This document shows positions 41,177-51,109 of a DNA stretch of 64,000 bases, one piece after another. The position numbers and the translations under genes are program-made. The notes under the pieces are model-generated. The model made no database searches. It worked only from the letters and a program-made list of their open reading frames with translations, and had not been told where the DNA came from. This DNA comes from a virus (Duplodnaviria > Caudoviricetes), in the IMG/VR virus record IMGVR_UViG_3300033120_000868, positions 64,001-128,000 of that record; one strand, written 5' to 3'. Every line of letters begins with the position of its first letter. Positions within the stretch are counted from its first letter, which is position 1.

Positions 41177-41519
41177 CTCTAAAGTAAATTTCTTCTGTGT
41201 GTTTTTTATCTCTTTTTAAATCTTCAATTTTAGCATCTATATAATCAATAGTTAGTTTTCCAATATCTTCTGATGTTAAATCACCTGAGTAAAAATCTCC
41301 TCTAAAAACACCTTGTACATTGAAAGTTTTATCTGTGTGGATATACAAATGTTCTAAATGCTCGCCTTCACAAAAAATTAAATAAGCTTCATTTCCTGGC
41401 ATTTTACCAACAAATCTTAGTTTTCTATAATGCACACCTTGAAACTTATAAACTGTATCTCCATAAGATAAGTTTTGTAATTGTTCTGCTGTTAGTTTTT
41501 TATTTTGTAAGTTCATCAT
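41166..41519 (-). CDS. Hypothetical protein
   Basis: Packed ORF. Confidence 0.55.
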   Translation of the reverse strand: MMNLQNKKLTAEQLQNLSYGDTVYKFQGVHYRKLRFVGKMPGNEAYLIFCEGEHLEHLYIHTDKTFNVQGVFRGDFYSGDLTSEDIGKLTIDYIDAKIEDLKRDKKHTEEIYFRDAK

Positions 41520-41742
41520 CTAAAATTTTAATTAATAATTTTAAAGCTTCAATATCTGCTGTTCTTGTTTTGTCGATTACTTCTAAAATAGTTTCTATTT
41601 CATATTTTTTCGCGCCAAAAAAAGATAAATCAGAATTAAAACTAATTAAATCTTCTACTTCTTCTACTAAGTCAATAACTAACTGACTATAATTCTCCAT
41701 CTCATAAAATGTGGAGTAACTTAATTCTTCTAATGTTTTCAT
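41500..41742 (-). CDS. Hypothetical acidic protein
   Basis: Packed ORF. Confidence 0.5.
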   Translation of the reverse strand: MKTLEELSYSTFYEMENYSQLVIDLVEEVEDLISFNSDLSFFGAKKYEIETILEVIDKTRTADIEALKLLIKILDDELTK

Positions 41743-41752
41743 AATTTATTTT

Positions 41753-42352
41753 TTAACAGGAATAGCTGATTTTTAAGTATTTTCCATCTTTTAAAGGATA
41801 TAATGAGTATCCTGAATAATCATCTCCCATCATACCAACTGTTTGCCAATTAAAAACTCCCTTACCTCTATAATCTGTGTAAGTGTTACCTTCTCCTTTT
41901 ATTTTTGCGCAAATAGATTTAGGATAACCCTCTTTACTCTTACCTGTCAGTTCTATTTCAACAATATCTTCAATCCCCCAAGAATCATAATCTTCTTCCA
42001 TTTCTCTCCAAAACTTTTTGACTTTAATCAAGCCTTTTAGTTTTTCTTTCCAAGAGTCTCTTTCTTTGAGCCGTCTATTCTCTTCTTCGGCAACTTCTGC
42101 CCACATTTTTTTATAGAACTCTTGCTCTTCTCTTTCTTTATTTATTAACTCGTCTTCAACAGCTAATTTAGCTTCTTCTAAAGTTGGCGGAAAAAGAATA
42201 AAAGAAACAGAATTACCATCTTCCCAATCACCCATCATCCTATATTGTTCAATAACAGACTTACCTTCAAAATCTAATTTATACCTAACTGTCCAATTAG
42301 CATCATAATAATACCAAAAACCTTTTTCTAATTCCCAATAATTTTCTTCCAT
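41753..42352 (-). CDS. Hypothetical protein
   Basis: 199 aa ORF, GDDYSG motif. Confidence 0.6.
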   Translation of the reverse strand: MEENYWELEKGFWYYYDANWTVRYKLDFEGKSVIEQYRMMGDWEDGNSVSFILFPPTLEEAKLAVEDELINKEREEQEFYKKMWAEVAEEENRRLKERDSWKEKLKGLIKVKKFWREMEEDYDSWGIEDIVEIELTGKSKEGYPKSICAKIKGEGNTYTDYRGKGVFNWQTVGMMGDDYSGYSLYPLKDGKYLKISYSC

Positions 42353-42564
42353 ATTATAATAAATCTAATATTTGTTCTTTTGTTATCATATTTTTAGTTC
42401 TTATAATCATTGTCTAATTTAATTGCCCATGCAAACATCATTATTATAAGTGGTATAAAGCCAGTAAACCAAGCTTCTCCATAATTCACTTGTAAAAATG
42501 TAACTCCGATAGTAAAGCCTACTAATATTAGTATGACTAAGATATTTATAAAATGTTTCATAAT

Positions 42565-42798
42565 TTAATCTTCTATTTGTTCAATAACTTTTTCTAATAT
42601 AACCTCTAAATCGTCGGGAGAAAAAAATTCAAAAATATCAATCTCTGAATCTTCTACATAAACCTCATCTACATTAAACGATGAAGGGCTTCCTGGATAC
42701 CCTGACATATCATTATAATACATAACAGCTTCTTCACCTGCTTCATATTCTCCTACTACTCTAATAGGAATACCTTTAAATACAACACTAATTTCCAT
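42565..42798 (-). CDS. Small very acidic protein
   Basis: 77 aa, D/E-rich; similar to 58712-58915. Confidence 0.6.
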   Translation of the reverse strand: MEISVVFKGIPIRVVGEYEAGEEAVMYYNDMSGYPGSPSSFNVDEVYVEDSEIDIFEFFSPDDLEVILEKVIEQIED

Positions 42799-43048
42799 TT
42801 TTTAATAAGTTTTTAAGTTCGTTAATTCTTGCTATTAATCCCGTTGCACTATAAATTGAATCTGTATTATCAAATTCTTTTTCTAATTCTTCAATTCGCC
42901 GTAAAATAAAAACTGAAGAAATAAATTCTAAATCACTATCAAAAACTCTATCCTTACTCCAAGTAACCTCAGACAAAGTATTAAAGTCTAAATCTTCTTC
43001 ATCTGTTCCTATATTTAGGAAGATTTTATTTGGTGTGTTATAAGCCAT
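42788..43048 (-). CDS. Hypothetical protein
   Basis: PNKIFL..EVTW..DRVFDSD.E pattern. Confidence 0.6.
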   Translation of the reverse strand: MAYNTPNKIFLNIGTDEEDLDFNTLSEVTWSKDRVFDSDLEFISSVFILRRIEELEKEFDNTDSIYSATGLIARINELKNLLKNGN

Positions 43049-43166
43049 AAATTAGTTTTGTAATAAACATTCCTATCAAAGCTCCAAAACAAATACAAAT
43101 TATAGTCCATAAAATGTATTTAATCCAATCAATATCTTTTTTCATAATTATTTTAATTTTATTCGA

Positions 43167-43198
43167 CAAAGATATAACAAAAAATTTGTTCTACCAAA
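43167..43198 (-). promoter_or_regulatory. Bacteroidetes sigma-A promoter
   Basis: TTTG (43195-43198), 20 nt, TATCTTTG (43167-43174). Confidence 0.7.
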
Positions 43199-43227
43199 TA
43201 TTTATCGTTATTTATATTGATTCTAAA

Positions 43228-43638
43228 TTACAAACTATTTAAAAATTCTTTCAACTCTTCACTTTGGTCGGCAAGAAAAACAGAAGATAAATTCCAATTG
43301 TAAGTTTTTATACCGTTGTCCGAATATCTATCAATTTGAATAAAAACACCACCACAATTAAAACTAATATCTTGATACTTATTATTTAAATTGATATACT
43401 CTAAAACATCATTAAGTTTAATTGGATGACCAATACTCCAATCACTATCTAACTTAAAATATCTTTGTTCCACATTATCTTGGAAAAATTTTCCAAATCT
43501 ATACTCAGTTTCATCAAATTCATCTTTTTCATATTTCTGTGAAAATACATTAAAATGAGGTTTGTAAATAATAGCACCGTCAGTTAACTCTTTTAACCTT
43601 GGTAAAGCTTCTCTAATTTTATTTTCTAATTCTTTCAT
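43228..43638 (-). CDS. Hypothetical protein
   Basis: IGHPIKLNDVL..WNL..L.DQSEE pattern. Confidence 0.6.
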   Translation of the reverse strand: MKELENKIREALPRLKELTDGAIIYKPHFNVFSQKYEKDEFDETEYRFGKFFQDNVEQRYFKLDSDWSIGHPIKLNDVLEYINLNNKYQDISFNCGGVFIQIDRYSDNGIKTYNWNLSSVFLADQSEELKEFLNSL

Positions 43639-43859
43639 AATTGTATAAGTATTTCAAATTCACTAAGTAAAACATAAAAACCTTTTGATAACTCTTCTAA
43701 ACTTTCTAAAGTCAAATCCACCCAAGTTTCTTGAAAATAGTATTCAAAAAATTCTTTTCTTTGCGTGAAAGAGTTTTTAAGTTGTGGTAGAATTTCTGTT
43801 AGTAATAGCATATCAGAACCTTCTATAACACTATCATTTATTCTTACTAATCTTCTCAT
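43635..43859 (-). CDS. Hypothetical protein
   Basis: ATGA-coupled ORF. Confidence 0.5.
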   Translation of the reverse strand: MRRLVRINDSVIEGSDMLLLTEILPQLKNSFTQRKEFFEYYFQETWVDLTLESLEELSKGFYVLLSEFEILIQL

Positions 43860-44119
43860 AATTTGTCTTTTATTTTATAATATTTATCTGAATTTAATTG
43901 TGACATATTTAATTTCAGTTCTTTTATCTTTTTTACTCCGCCGTTAAAAGAAATAGGACAAGAGAATAAAAACCGCAAAAAAGATAAAAACAGAAGAAAA
44001 TATTTCTCTAAAAAAGAACACTCTCCATGTCTAATCCTAAAATTATCATCCCAACTAATATATCCTAATTTAATCTTTTGATTAGGAGTTAGTTTAAAGT
44101 AGTTAAGGAGTGACAACAT
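43856..44119 (-). CDS. Hypothetical protein
   Basis: ATGA-coupled ORF. Confidence 0.45.
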   Translation of the reverse strand: MLSLLNYFKLTPNQKIKLGYISWDDNFRIRHGECSFLEKYFLLFLSFLRFLFSCPISFNGGVKKIKELKLNMSQLNSDKYYKIKDKL

Positions 44120-44295
44120 CTATATAATGTGTTATATCATTATTATTACTAGCCCAACTCGTGCCATTCCACACTTCTTGATGCCATTTATTACACTTTT
44201 GTCTGTAAACCAAATACCTTCCTGCTCTTGGAGGATGTGTTTTACCAAATTCGTATTTTATCCAAAGATTTTTCATATTATTTAATTTTACGCAA

Positions 44296-44327
44296 CAAAG
44301 ATAAAAAGAGAAAAGAGAATAAACAAA
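44296..44327 (-). promoter_or_regulatory. Bacteroidetes sigma-A promoter
   Basis: TTTG (44324-44327), 20 nt, TATCTTTG (44296-44303). Confidence 0.65.
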
Positions 44328-44351
44328 TATCCCCTCTAATTTAAAATCAAT

Positions 44352-44966
44352 CTAAATAAGATAAAGATTAGTTGGATTATCTTTATGAATTTCTAAATCA
44401 ATATAACTCATACCATAGACTCTCAACTCATCAGCAAAATTATCTTTAAATTGTTGAATATTAAAAGGAGATGTAATCAAATGGATTCCTGATTTACTTG
44501 GAATTTGAGTTAATATTTTATCACCTGAAGGTTCACAAGGTTGAATAGAATTTATAATCTGCTCTAACCAAATAACTTCATCCTTGTCTATATCTACAAT
44601 CCATCTTTTTACTTTTTCATTATTTAAAAGTCCGCAAGCTCTGTCATAAGATTTCATTAGGTGTTTATATTCCCTATTCTGCATTGTGTTTGCCACATTT
44701 TCAAGAGATTTAAAACCAACTTTCTCAAAAGAACGTTTATTTAATCTAATAGAAGCACGAGCATTAAATACGTTACAAAGAGTTTTTATTTCCTCATATC
44801 TATCTAATAAATGTTGTTGTGAACGAATATAGTAGTTCTTAATTACTCTTGAATTACTACCAAGTTCAGGATTCTCCTTCTTTCTTTGAAGGATTTGAAG
44901 ATAATAGAAATCATCTTCTGAATCAAATTGTAAAAATGGTAATACTTTTTCTAAATTGTCTATCAT
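44352..44966 (-). CDS. Conserved phage protein, possible AEP (primase-like) fold
   Basis: WIVDID and PSKSGIHLI resemble AEP motifs I/II; promoter TATCTTTG at 44995-45002. Confidence 0.5.
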   Translation of the reverse strand: MIDNLEKVLPFLQFDSEDDFYYLQILQRKKENPELGSNSRVIKNYYIRSQQHLLDRYEEIKTLCNVFNARASIRLNKRSFEKVGFKSLENVANTMQNREYKHLMKSYDRACGLLNNEKVKRWIVDIDKDEVIWLEQIINSIQPCEPSGDKILTQIPSKSGIHLITSPFNIQQFKDNFADELRVYGMSYIDLEIHKDNPTNLYLI

Positions 44967-45128
44967 AAATTTCGCCGTTTAAAAAATTAGAAAGCAAAGA
45001 TACGGAATAAAAAACAAAAAGACAAGAAAAACTTAATCTTCTTGTCTAATTTATAATGATTATAAATAATATAGTTATAAATACAACATTAATTTTAAAT
45101 ATCCAAATTAGTTAAATTATTTGTTATT

Positions 45129-47540
45129 TTAGTGGCAATCATACCATGTTCTACCTAACATATATTCAAAACCCATCGGTACATTAATTTTTAAGTTGCT
45201 CTCTAATAATCTCATGCTTTCAGTTGTCGCTTTTGATATTACATTTGGCAGACATATATAGTAACCTTTACTGCTATGCCCTATCGCACTTAGTTGTTCT
45301 CCTTGCCAATTATTTACAAAATCTTCCGCTTTTTCTTTAGTCTCGAATACCTCAAATTTAAAAAGTTTTGGGTCTGCATATAAGTCCTCCTCGTCGTGGT
45401 ATTCTATCATGCTACATACATCAGGTTTAGCTATGAAAGGGTCTATGTTTAGTTTATGTTCTTTTTCTAATCTTTCCATCAACATCACAGCTATATATTT
45501 TGCATAGATTACGGCAGCAGATTGGAACAAGGCATTCAAAATACTGTGAGGAGAACGAACATTCACTTTTCTTCCATCTATTGCAGGTACAAACTTCTTA
45601 TCTGTGGATTCCCAATATTTCAAGGCTTTATCTTTAAATTCTCTTAAAGCTACAGCAGTGTTCCAAAACCCATCTACAATTCTTTTAGACTCTTCGTCAC
45701 TTTTTCCTGTCATTTTTTGAATTTTCTTCCAAGACGCACCGTAAATAATCCCATAGTTGATACTTTTTGCTTCCGAGCGAGGTACACCCATAACCTCTGC
45801 CATTTTAGTGTGTAAATCGTTTGGTTTTTCTGCTACAAAAGTTTTACCTAACTCTTCTCCGTCCGTATAGTTAAATACATAGTGTGCCATAATTCTTGCC
45901 TCAATACTAGCATAATCGAATCCATAAAAAACAGCATTTTCTCCACACCCAAAAAGGCTTCTAAGTTCTTTACCATACACAGATGTTGGTCTTGCTATGT
46001 TGCAGACTCCAATATGTCTATATCTCGACGTGTTTGCCCCAATTTCAATAGCAGGAGTAGGTACTCTTCCATCTTCTTCTCTATACATTGAAAGAAATCC
46101 TGAATTTGGAATTTCTTCATCAAAATCCATGTCTTCGATTTCACCACCCGCAATAGAGGATTTTCTATGTTTATAAGTTAAATACAATGCAAAGTCATTA
46201 GCAAAAGAAACCTGCTCCCCTAACTTTACTAGGTTTGGACAAAGTTCTTTCTCAACACCAACACGTACTTTTGGACTTGTAGGAAGTCTTACAGGAAAAT
46301 CTTCGTGTAATCTTTTTAGTACTTTTTCTTTAAAAGCTTCTACAGATTTAACTTTAAAATTTTCAAACCCTATCTGTAATCTCAGTTTTTTATATTTGCC
46401 TTCTTCGGTTTCTTTTAACCACCTTTCAAAAGCTATGACTCTTTTTTTGTATGAGAGACTTTGTTTTTTACTATCTTTTGTGAAATCTCTTTCCGCCCAT
46501 TCTTGTGGAATCCAACCATATACATCTGTTAATGTCATCTTAACATGGTCAAGATTTGCAATATCAGCTTCTACGTGAGTTTTTAATGGTAAGTTGAACG
46601 GAAGTTCATAATGATTACCTTCAAATTCTATAAAGTATTTTTCTTCTTCATTTTCTACTATTTTTCCGCCGATTCTTTCAGCAAACTTAATAATATGCGT
46701 AGAAGGTTTCCCACTTTTTAAAAATTGTGTGGTTGGCGGTGTGAAATTACTTAACTCCGTTTTAGTCATCGGCTTAGGAGGTAGAATAGGATTTACTTTA
46801 TTTCTAAGTTCGTCCATTTTCTGAGTTAAATCCTCAACACATTTAATAGCTAAATCTTTATCAAACCAAAACCCTAATGATTCTCTTCTAATTGCAAGGT
46901 CAGCTAATTTATGCTCCATTTTTATAGCCTTATCCCAACCATTATATTCTGATTTTTCTCTCATTAAAGCAAAGAACGTTCTCTTACCAACTTCTGTGTC
47001 CAAAATACAGTATTCTGTCATTAGTGGTGTGTAGTTTTTAAACTCAAAACCTTTAGGGGAATCTTTTGGAATAATACCTCTCTTAATAAGTTCACCTCTG
47101 AAATCCATTTTTGCGCATCCCGTTCTTTGACCCCACTCAGATAAAGAATGCCCCCCGAAACGGTCAGGATTAAATAAACGAGATAAAATAAGAGTATCAA
47201 TTATTTTAACTTCTTCACCAAATAAAGTATCAGGTTCATCTAAATAACCTACAGAGTAATCTAAAACACCAAATAATTTAAGCGTTATTAAATCGAACTT
47301 CACTCCGTTATGCTGTACAAGGTATTTACAGCCATTTAGAGACTCTTTCATCCACTCTTTAGTAATCTTATCTCCCTCAGCTACAAATAACTCGTCTGTG
47401 TAAGCGTCACGTATTACTATGACATGTAACTTAGCTTCAGGTTTTAACTTATATGGGAAAGACGAGTGGTCTAACATTTCTTCAAGTAATGATGAAGTTT
47501 CAATGTCAATAACTTTTACTAAACCTTTATTATCTTCCAT
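45129..47540 (-). CDS. polA: Family A DNA polymerase with 3'-5' exonuclease
   Basis: DIET, HNGVKFD, YCILD exonuclease motifs; DYASIEAR, RSEAKSINYGIIYG, HDE. Start set at MEDNK, downstream of the promoter at 47564-47595. Confidence 0.92.
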   Translation of the reverse strand: MEDNKGLVKVIDIETSSLLEEMLDHSSFPYKLKPEAKLHVIVIRDAYTDELFVAEGDKITKEWMKESLNGCKYLVQHNGVKFDLITLKLFGVLDYSVGYLDEPDTLFGEEVKIIDTLILSRLFNPDRFGGHSLSEWGQRTGCAKMDFRGELIKRGIIPKDSPKGFEFKNYTPLMTEYCILDTEVGKRTFFALMREKSEYNGWDKAIKMEHKLADLAIRRESLGFWFDKDLAIKCVEDLTQKMDELRNKVNPILPPKPMTKTELSNFTPPTTQFLKSGKPSTHIIKFAERIGGKIVENEEEKYFIEFEGNHYELPFNLPLKTHVEADIANLDHVKMTLTDVYGWIPQEWAERDFTKDSKKQSLSYKKRVIAFERWLKETEEGKYKKLRLQIGFENFKVKSVEAFKEKVLKRLHEDFPVRLPTSPKVRVGVEKELCPNLVKLGEQVSFANDFALYLTYKHRKSSIAGGEIEDMDFDEEIPNSGFLSMYREEDGRVPTPAIEIGANTSRYRHIGVCNIARPTSVYGKELRSLFGCGENAVFYGFDYASIEARIMAHYVFNYTDGEELGKTFVAEKPNDLHTKMAEVMGVPRSEAKSINYGIIYGASWKKIQKMTGKSDEESKRIVDGFWNTAVALREFKDKALKYWESTDKKFVPAIDGRKVNVRSPHSILNALFQSAAVIYAKYIAVMLMERLEKEHKLNIDPFIAKPDVCSMIEYHDEEDLYADPKLFKFEVFETKEKAEDFVNNWQGEQLSAIGHSSKGYYICLPNVISKATTESMRLLESNLKINVPMGFEYMLGRTWYDCH

Positions 47541-47563
47541 ACTCTCTTTATTTTTTTTTTTTA

Positions 47564-47595
47564 CAAATATATGGCTTTTATCATATAAATCCAAA
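47564..47595 (-). promoter_or_regulatory. Bacteroidetes sigma-A promoter for polA
   Basis: TTTG (47592-47595), 20 nt, TATATTTG (47564-47571). Confidence 0.7.
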
Positions 47596-47774
47596 TATAT
47601 GCTGTTTTTTATTTCTTTTCCGCAAAATTTTAAATTAACCCCCACTTTTTTAATAAACTGAAGTGGAGGTAATCAATTATTATGTCTTCATCTTCTTCTC
47701 CATAAAGAACATATAATTTAGCCTCTATAACATCTCTAAAAGATATTCCTTGTGGTCTTTTGTAAAATATACCT

Positions 47775-47996
47775 TTATTCATTAATATATTCAACATAAT
47801 TAGGGTTAAAAATTTTAACGTAGTTGCCATTTTCAAAATGCACAGTGTAGTTAGGTAGAGCTTCAAAGAATAACTCTTCTATTTCTATTACTCCTCCAAC
47901 ACCTATTTCGTATTTATCATAGTTTTCTCCTGCTCCGTCTCTATCTTGTACAGAACCTACTTGTCTCCAATTAAAATGTATTTGTTTTATTTTCAT
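47775..47996 (-). CDS. Hypothetical protein
   Basis: Packed ORF. Confidence 0.55.
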   Translation of the reverse strand: MKIKQIHFNWRQVGSVQDRDGAGENYDKYEIGVGGVIEIEELFFEALPNYTVHFENGNYVKIFNPNYVEYINE

Positions 47997-48002
47997 CTGT
48001 TT

Positions 48003-48185
48003 TTATTTCTTTTCCGCCGAAAATTTATCCTCAAATTCAGACTCAAAACGGCAAAATTTTAAATTACTATTCAACTCTTTGTAAATCACTGCGTTCTGCC
48101 ACTCTCCAAAATGGTCTTGTAACAAACACATATCTACTATTACGTAATCACCTTCTTTTTTCTTATAATGTTTATATATTGTCAT
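48003..48185 (-). CDS. DUF1653-like small protein
   Basis: YKHYK..Y..VIYK..R..EF..KF. Confidence 0.6.
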   Translation of the reverse strand: MTIYKHYKKKEGDYVIVDMCLLQDHFGEWQNAVIYKELNSNLKFCRFESEFEDKFSAEKK

Positions 48186-48409
48186 TATCTTGCGTATTTT
48201 AAATCATATAAAAACTCAGCGTATTCTTCACTCACTATATGATACTCATTTGCTACCGTGTGTAATTCATCAAAAGTATTTCCATACCTTAGTATGAATC
48301 CATACTTACTGTCTTCTACGTAACCTACGTAAATTTCACTACCACTTGCCATATAATCCCCTACTTTTATAGGAATTAATTCACTATCTACATATCCTGT
48401 ATAAATCAT
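48185..48409 (-). CDS. YopX-like small protein
   Basis: YTGYVD..IKVGD pattern. Confidence 0.45.
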   Translation of the reverse strand: MIYTGYVDSELIPIKVGDYMASGSEIYVGYVEDSKYGFILRYGNTFDELHTVANEYHIVSEEYAEFLYDLKYAR

Positions 48410-48578
48410 TTTTATTCTTTTTTCGGCGAAATTGGAGGAGCTATGATTGTATGAGCTTTACTTTTATCTAAGTAGTTTAAAGTTTCCACCCACTCATCTA
48501 ATTCTTCTGATTGTAGTTTTGATACACAGAATAGTTCTCTTAGTCTTTCTACATCTCCTTCTGTTATAATGTATGTTT

Positions 48579-48791
48579 TCATTTTTCTTCTGTTTTGTTT
48601 TTTACGCCCGCCAAAAAATCTATGAATACAAGTAAAGGTACTAATAACAGAAGTATATTAGGTATTATAAGAGCACTAAGCATTAAACAATTTAAAGCAT
48701 TTGCATCCTGACTTGTCGTAAGTCTTCTCCACAAAACAGCCCCAACTATCGTTTGTACAACCCACAAACTAATCCATATCCATGTTTCCAT
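48579..48791 (-). CDS. Small two-TM membrane protein
   Basis: Two hydrophobic segments. Confidence 0.55.
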   Translation of the reverse strand: METWIWISLWVVQTIVGAVLWRRLTTSQDANALNCLMLSALIIPNILLLLVPLLVFIDFLAGVKNKTEEK

Positions 48792-48793
48792 AA

Positions 48794-49219
48794 TTAAACT
48801 GATTTATTATTATCAATTAAACAAACTTTTAAAAACTCTGCAACTTTAGAAAAGCTTTCAAAACTTGATTCTCCAATACCTTTCCATTCCCCAGGATTTA
48901 TAAAGTCTTCATGTTTAAAACTAACTAATGTTTTAATAGACAGTTCTTTACCATATTCTTTTAAAGTTAGATTATAATCACCACTAAAAAACTGAAAAAC
49001 TAAACCTACTACTTCATACTTAGAAACTTCAACTACATAAATAAATCCTGCTCCTTTCATATTATGAAAAGTTTTATGTAATAGTCTTTCTCTTTGATTT
49101 TTTAAATAAGTATCTTCATTATATTTTTTAAGCGGTTTTTCTAATTCCTCCATTTTTCTTTTAAGGTCTAAAATATCCCACCTAACTTGGTCTGCTTCTT
49201 GCTGTGTTTTAATTTCCAT
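48794..49219 (-). CDS. Hypothetical protein
   Basis: Packed ORF. Confidence 0.55.
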   Translation of the reverse strand: MEIKTQQEADQVRWDILDLKRKMEELEKPLKKYNEDTYLKNQRERLLHKTFHNMKGAGFIYVVEVSKYEVVGLVFQFFSGDYNLTLKEYGKELSIKTLVSFKHEDFINPGEWKGIGESSFESFSKVAEFLKVCLIDNNKSV

Positions 49220-49222
49220 AAT

Positions 49223-49648
49223 CTATTCAGGTTTTGTATTATAAATTGAATCAATATAGTCTTTTTTACTTTCTCTTTCGGCGACAAAATTAATGAAAAA
49301 TTCTTTATCTTGCAACCATTTACCTGATAAATTTGGAAAAAATTCCCAAAACATACCTGATTCTATAAGTTTGTAATGTTCATCCAAAGCTAATTCTTGA
49401 AAATATTTCTTAATTAAGTTCTTTTTAACTGTTTTACTAAATGCGTATAAAGCGTTTTCAAAACCAAAAATAAAATCATCAGAATCGCTGTACATATATC
49501 TCATTTGGTCGTTAGCCATTTGCCTTCCATACATAGAAACATAATCTTTTTCAATAAACATGTATTTTAGTTTAGTAGGAACTAACTCGTACTTTTTAAA
49601 CATAGGTTGTACGTAATCTTCTTGCCAAATTTCTTTATCTGTTCTCAT
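49223..49648 (-). CDS. Hypothetical protein
   Basis: SGMFWEFFP.LSG.W..DK motif. Confidence 0.6.
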   Translation of the reverse strand: MRTDKEIWQEDYVQPMFKKYELVPTKLKYMFIEKDYVSMYGRQMANDQMRYMYSDSDDFIFGFENALYAFSKTVKKNLIKKYFQELALDEHYKLIESGMFWEFFPNLSGKWLQDKEFFINFVAERESKKDYIDSIYNTKPE

Positions 49649-50252
49649 TCTCTAAATATTCAATTAATGTTGTACCAAAACAGCCTAACTTCTTTACTAT
49701 TTCTTTTATATCGTTTACACTGTATTTCTTTTTATTTTCTTTTAAATATTTTTCCGCCAATTCCTCAGTAGAAAAGAAGACAGCATCTGATGACCAAGCA
49801 GTGTCTTCATCTAAAGGTCTAACAATCGCTTTATAAATCTTATTCACTTCTTGTCCATGTGCAGGCTTATTCAACCAAATAAAATAGTAAACATCTTGGT
49901 CAAATAATTCTACTTTATCATAAGTAACTAAAACAGGTTCTTTATTAAAATCCTCAATAAAATCTAATGCTTTTTGTTTTGATGCAAACCTTTTAGTTTC
50001 ACTATTATATACAATAGCAGATACTGCTATAATAGAAATGAATCCATCATATTTTTTATCTTTTCTTTGAGGAACATAATAAACGCCTCCTTCAAACATT
50101 TCTACACCATCTTCTGTTATAAATAAAACTTCATTCCAAAACTCACTTGAAGGTTCTACTCCAATTTCTACTGCAAAATTATTTTGTTTAAAGACTCCAT
50201 CTTTGTAATAAGCTATTTGCCCTGTCTTTTTATGTTTATATACTTTTTCCAT
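49635..50252 (-). CDS. Hypothetical protein with internal duplication
   Basis: LFITEDGVEMF..YY..FASKQKA repeated as LVTYDKVELF..YY..FSTEELA. Confidence 0.6.
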   Translation of the reverse strand: MEKVYKHKKTGQIAYYKDGVFKQNNFAVEIGVEPSSEFWNEVLFITEDGVEMFEGGVYYVPQRKDKKYDGFISIIAVSAIVYNSETKRFASKQKALDFIEDFNKEPVLVTYDKVELFDQDVYYFIWLNKPAHGQEVNKIYKAIVRPLDEDTAWSSDAVFFSTEELAEKYLKENKKKYSVNDIKEIVKKLGCFGTTLIEYLENENR

Positions 50253-50638
50253 TATAAATTTTCTATTTGATACTTTAAGTTTTCAATTTCTTCTTTTAAA
50301 TCTTCTATCTGTTTATCTTTCTCTCTCGCCTCGTCTTCCCAAAATTCAGAAAGTCTTTTATATTCGTCACGCTCTTCCACAATTTCTTCGACAACTTTTT
50401 CAACTTCATCTCTCATAGTGGAGTTACAATCTCTGACATTTTCAAAATAAGTTTCCGCCGAAGAGTAAATAGAGTCTTCCAAATCTTTCAAGAAGTGTGT
50501 AGAATCAACTGAAGAATAAAATAAAGGATTTAATTCTTTTACAGCACCATCTAATATATTTGACAACTCTGATTGAAAATATCTAATATTCTTATCTATC
50601 TCAGGACAGGTAAAAGAATAACTGAAATGTTTTCCCAT
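50252..50638 (-). CDS. Hypothetical coiled-coil protein
   Basis: TCPEID..ENVR..N..MR. Confidence 0.6.
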   Translation of the reverse strand: MGKHFSYSFTCPEIDKNIRYFQSELSNILDGAVKELNPLFYSSVDSTHFLKDLEDSIYSSAETYFENVRDCNSTMRDEVEKVVEEIVEERDEYKRLSEFWEDEAREKDKQIEDLKEEIENLKYQIENL

Positions 50639-50681
50639 ATTAAAATATAAATTTTATTTGTTTTTTATATTATAGTGTATA

Positions 50682-50885
50682 TTATCTTGTTTTTTCAATT
50701 GAACCTACGCCCATTAAAACTACCCCCACTATTGCAATATAAAAATTTTTAATAGCTTCTTCTTGTTCTACTTCTGTTAACTGCTTACCTAAACTCGGCA
50801 ATAAAATAAAAACAGAATATATTAAAACACTAATACCTATTAAAAATATTAATGTTGTTATAAAGTTAAAATTATTTTTCTTCAT
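50682..50885 (-). CDS. Small two-TM membrane protein
   Basis: Two hydrophobic segments. Confidence 0.5.
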   Translation of the reverse strand: MKKNNFNFITTLIFLIGISVLIYSVFILLPSLGKQLTEVEQEEAIKNFYIAIVGVVLMGVGSIEKTR

Positions 50886-51105
50886 TTACAATACTCCATT
50901 TAATTAATTCTTGACCCAACCCATCAAGGTCAGTATAACTTACAGTCTTAACTTCAAAACTAACTTCTCTACCTTCCACTAATTCTACATTAGATTCTGT
51001 TAGAGATAGTGGGTAGTATTCTAATTCTATTTCGTCTAATTCTTTTCCCGCCGAAATCGCTCTTACATAAAAAACATTATTCTTTTTTACAATCTTACCT
51101 TTCAT
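50872..51105 (-). CDS. Hypothetical protein
   Basis: Packed ORF. Confidence 0.5.
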   Translation of the reverse strand: MKGKIVKKNNVFYVRAISAGKELDEIELEYYPLSLTESNVELVEGREVSFEVKTVSYTDLDGLGQELIKWSIVNEEK

Positions 51106-51109
51106 AATT

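Noticed and set aside
45129-47645. Intein or intron in polA, and the longer N-terminus in the ORF track
   Set aside because: No intein C/S…HN motifs and the ORF is continuous; the listed N-terminal extension overlaps the promoter
47630-47866. 78-aa ORF as listed
   Set aside because: Its 5' half overlaps 47775-47996; at most the distal about 49 codons (MNKG…) are real
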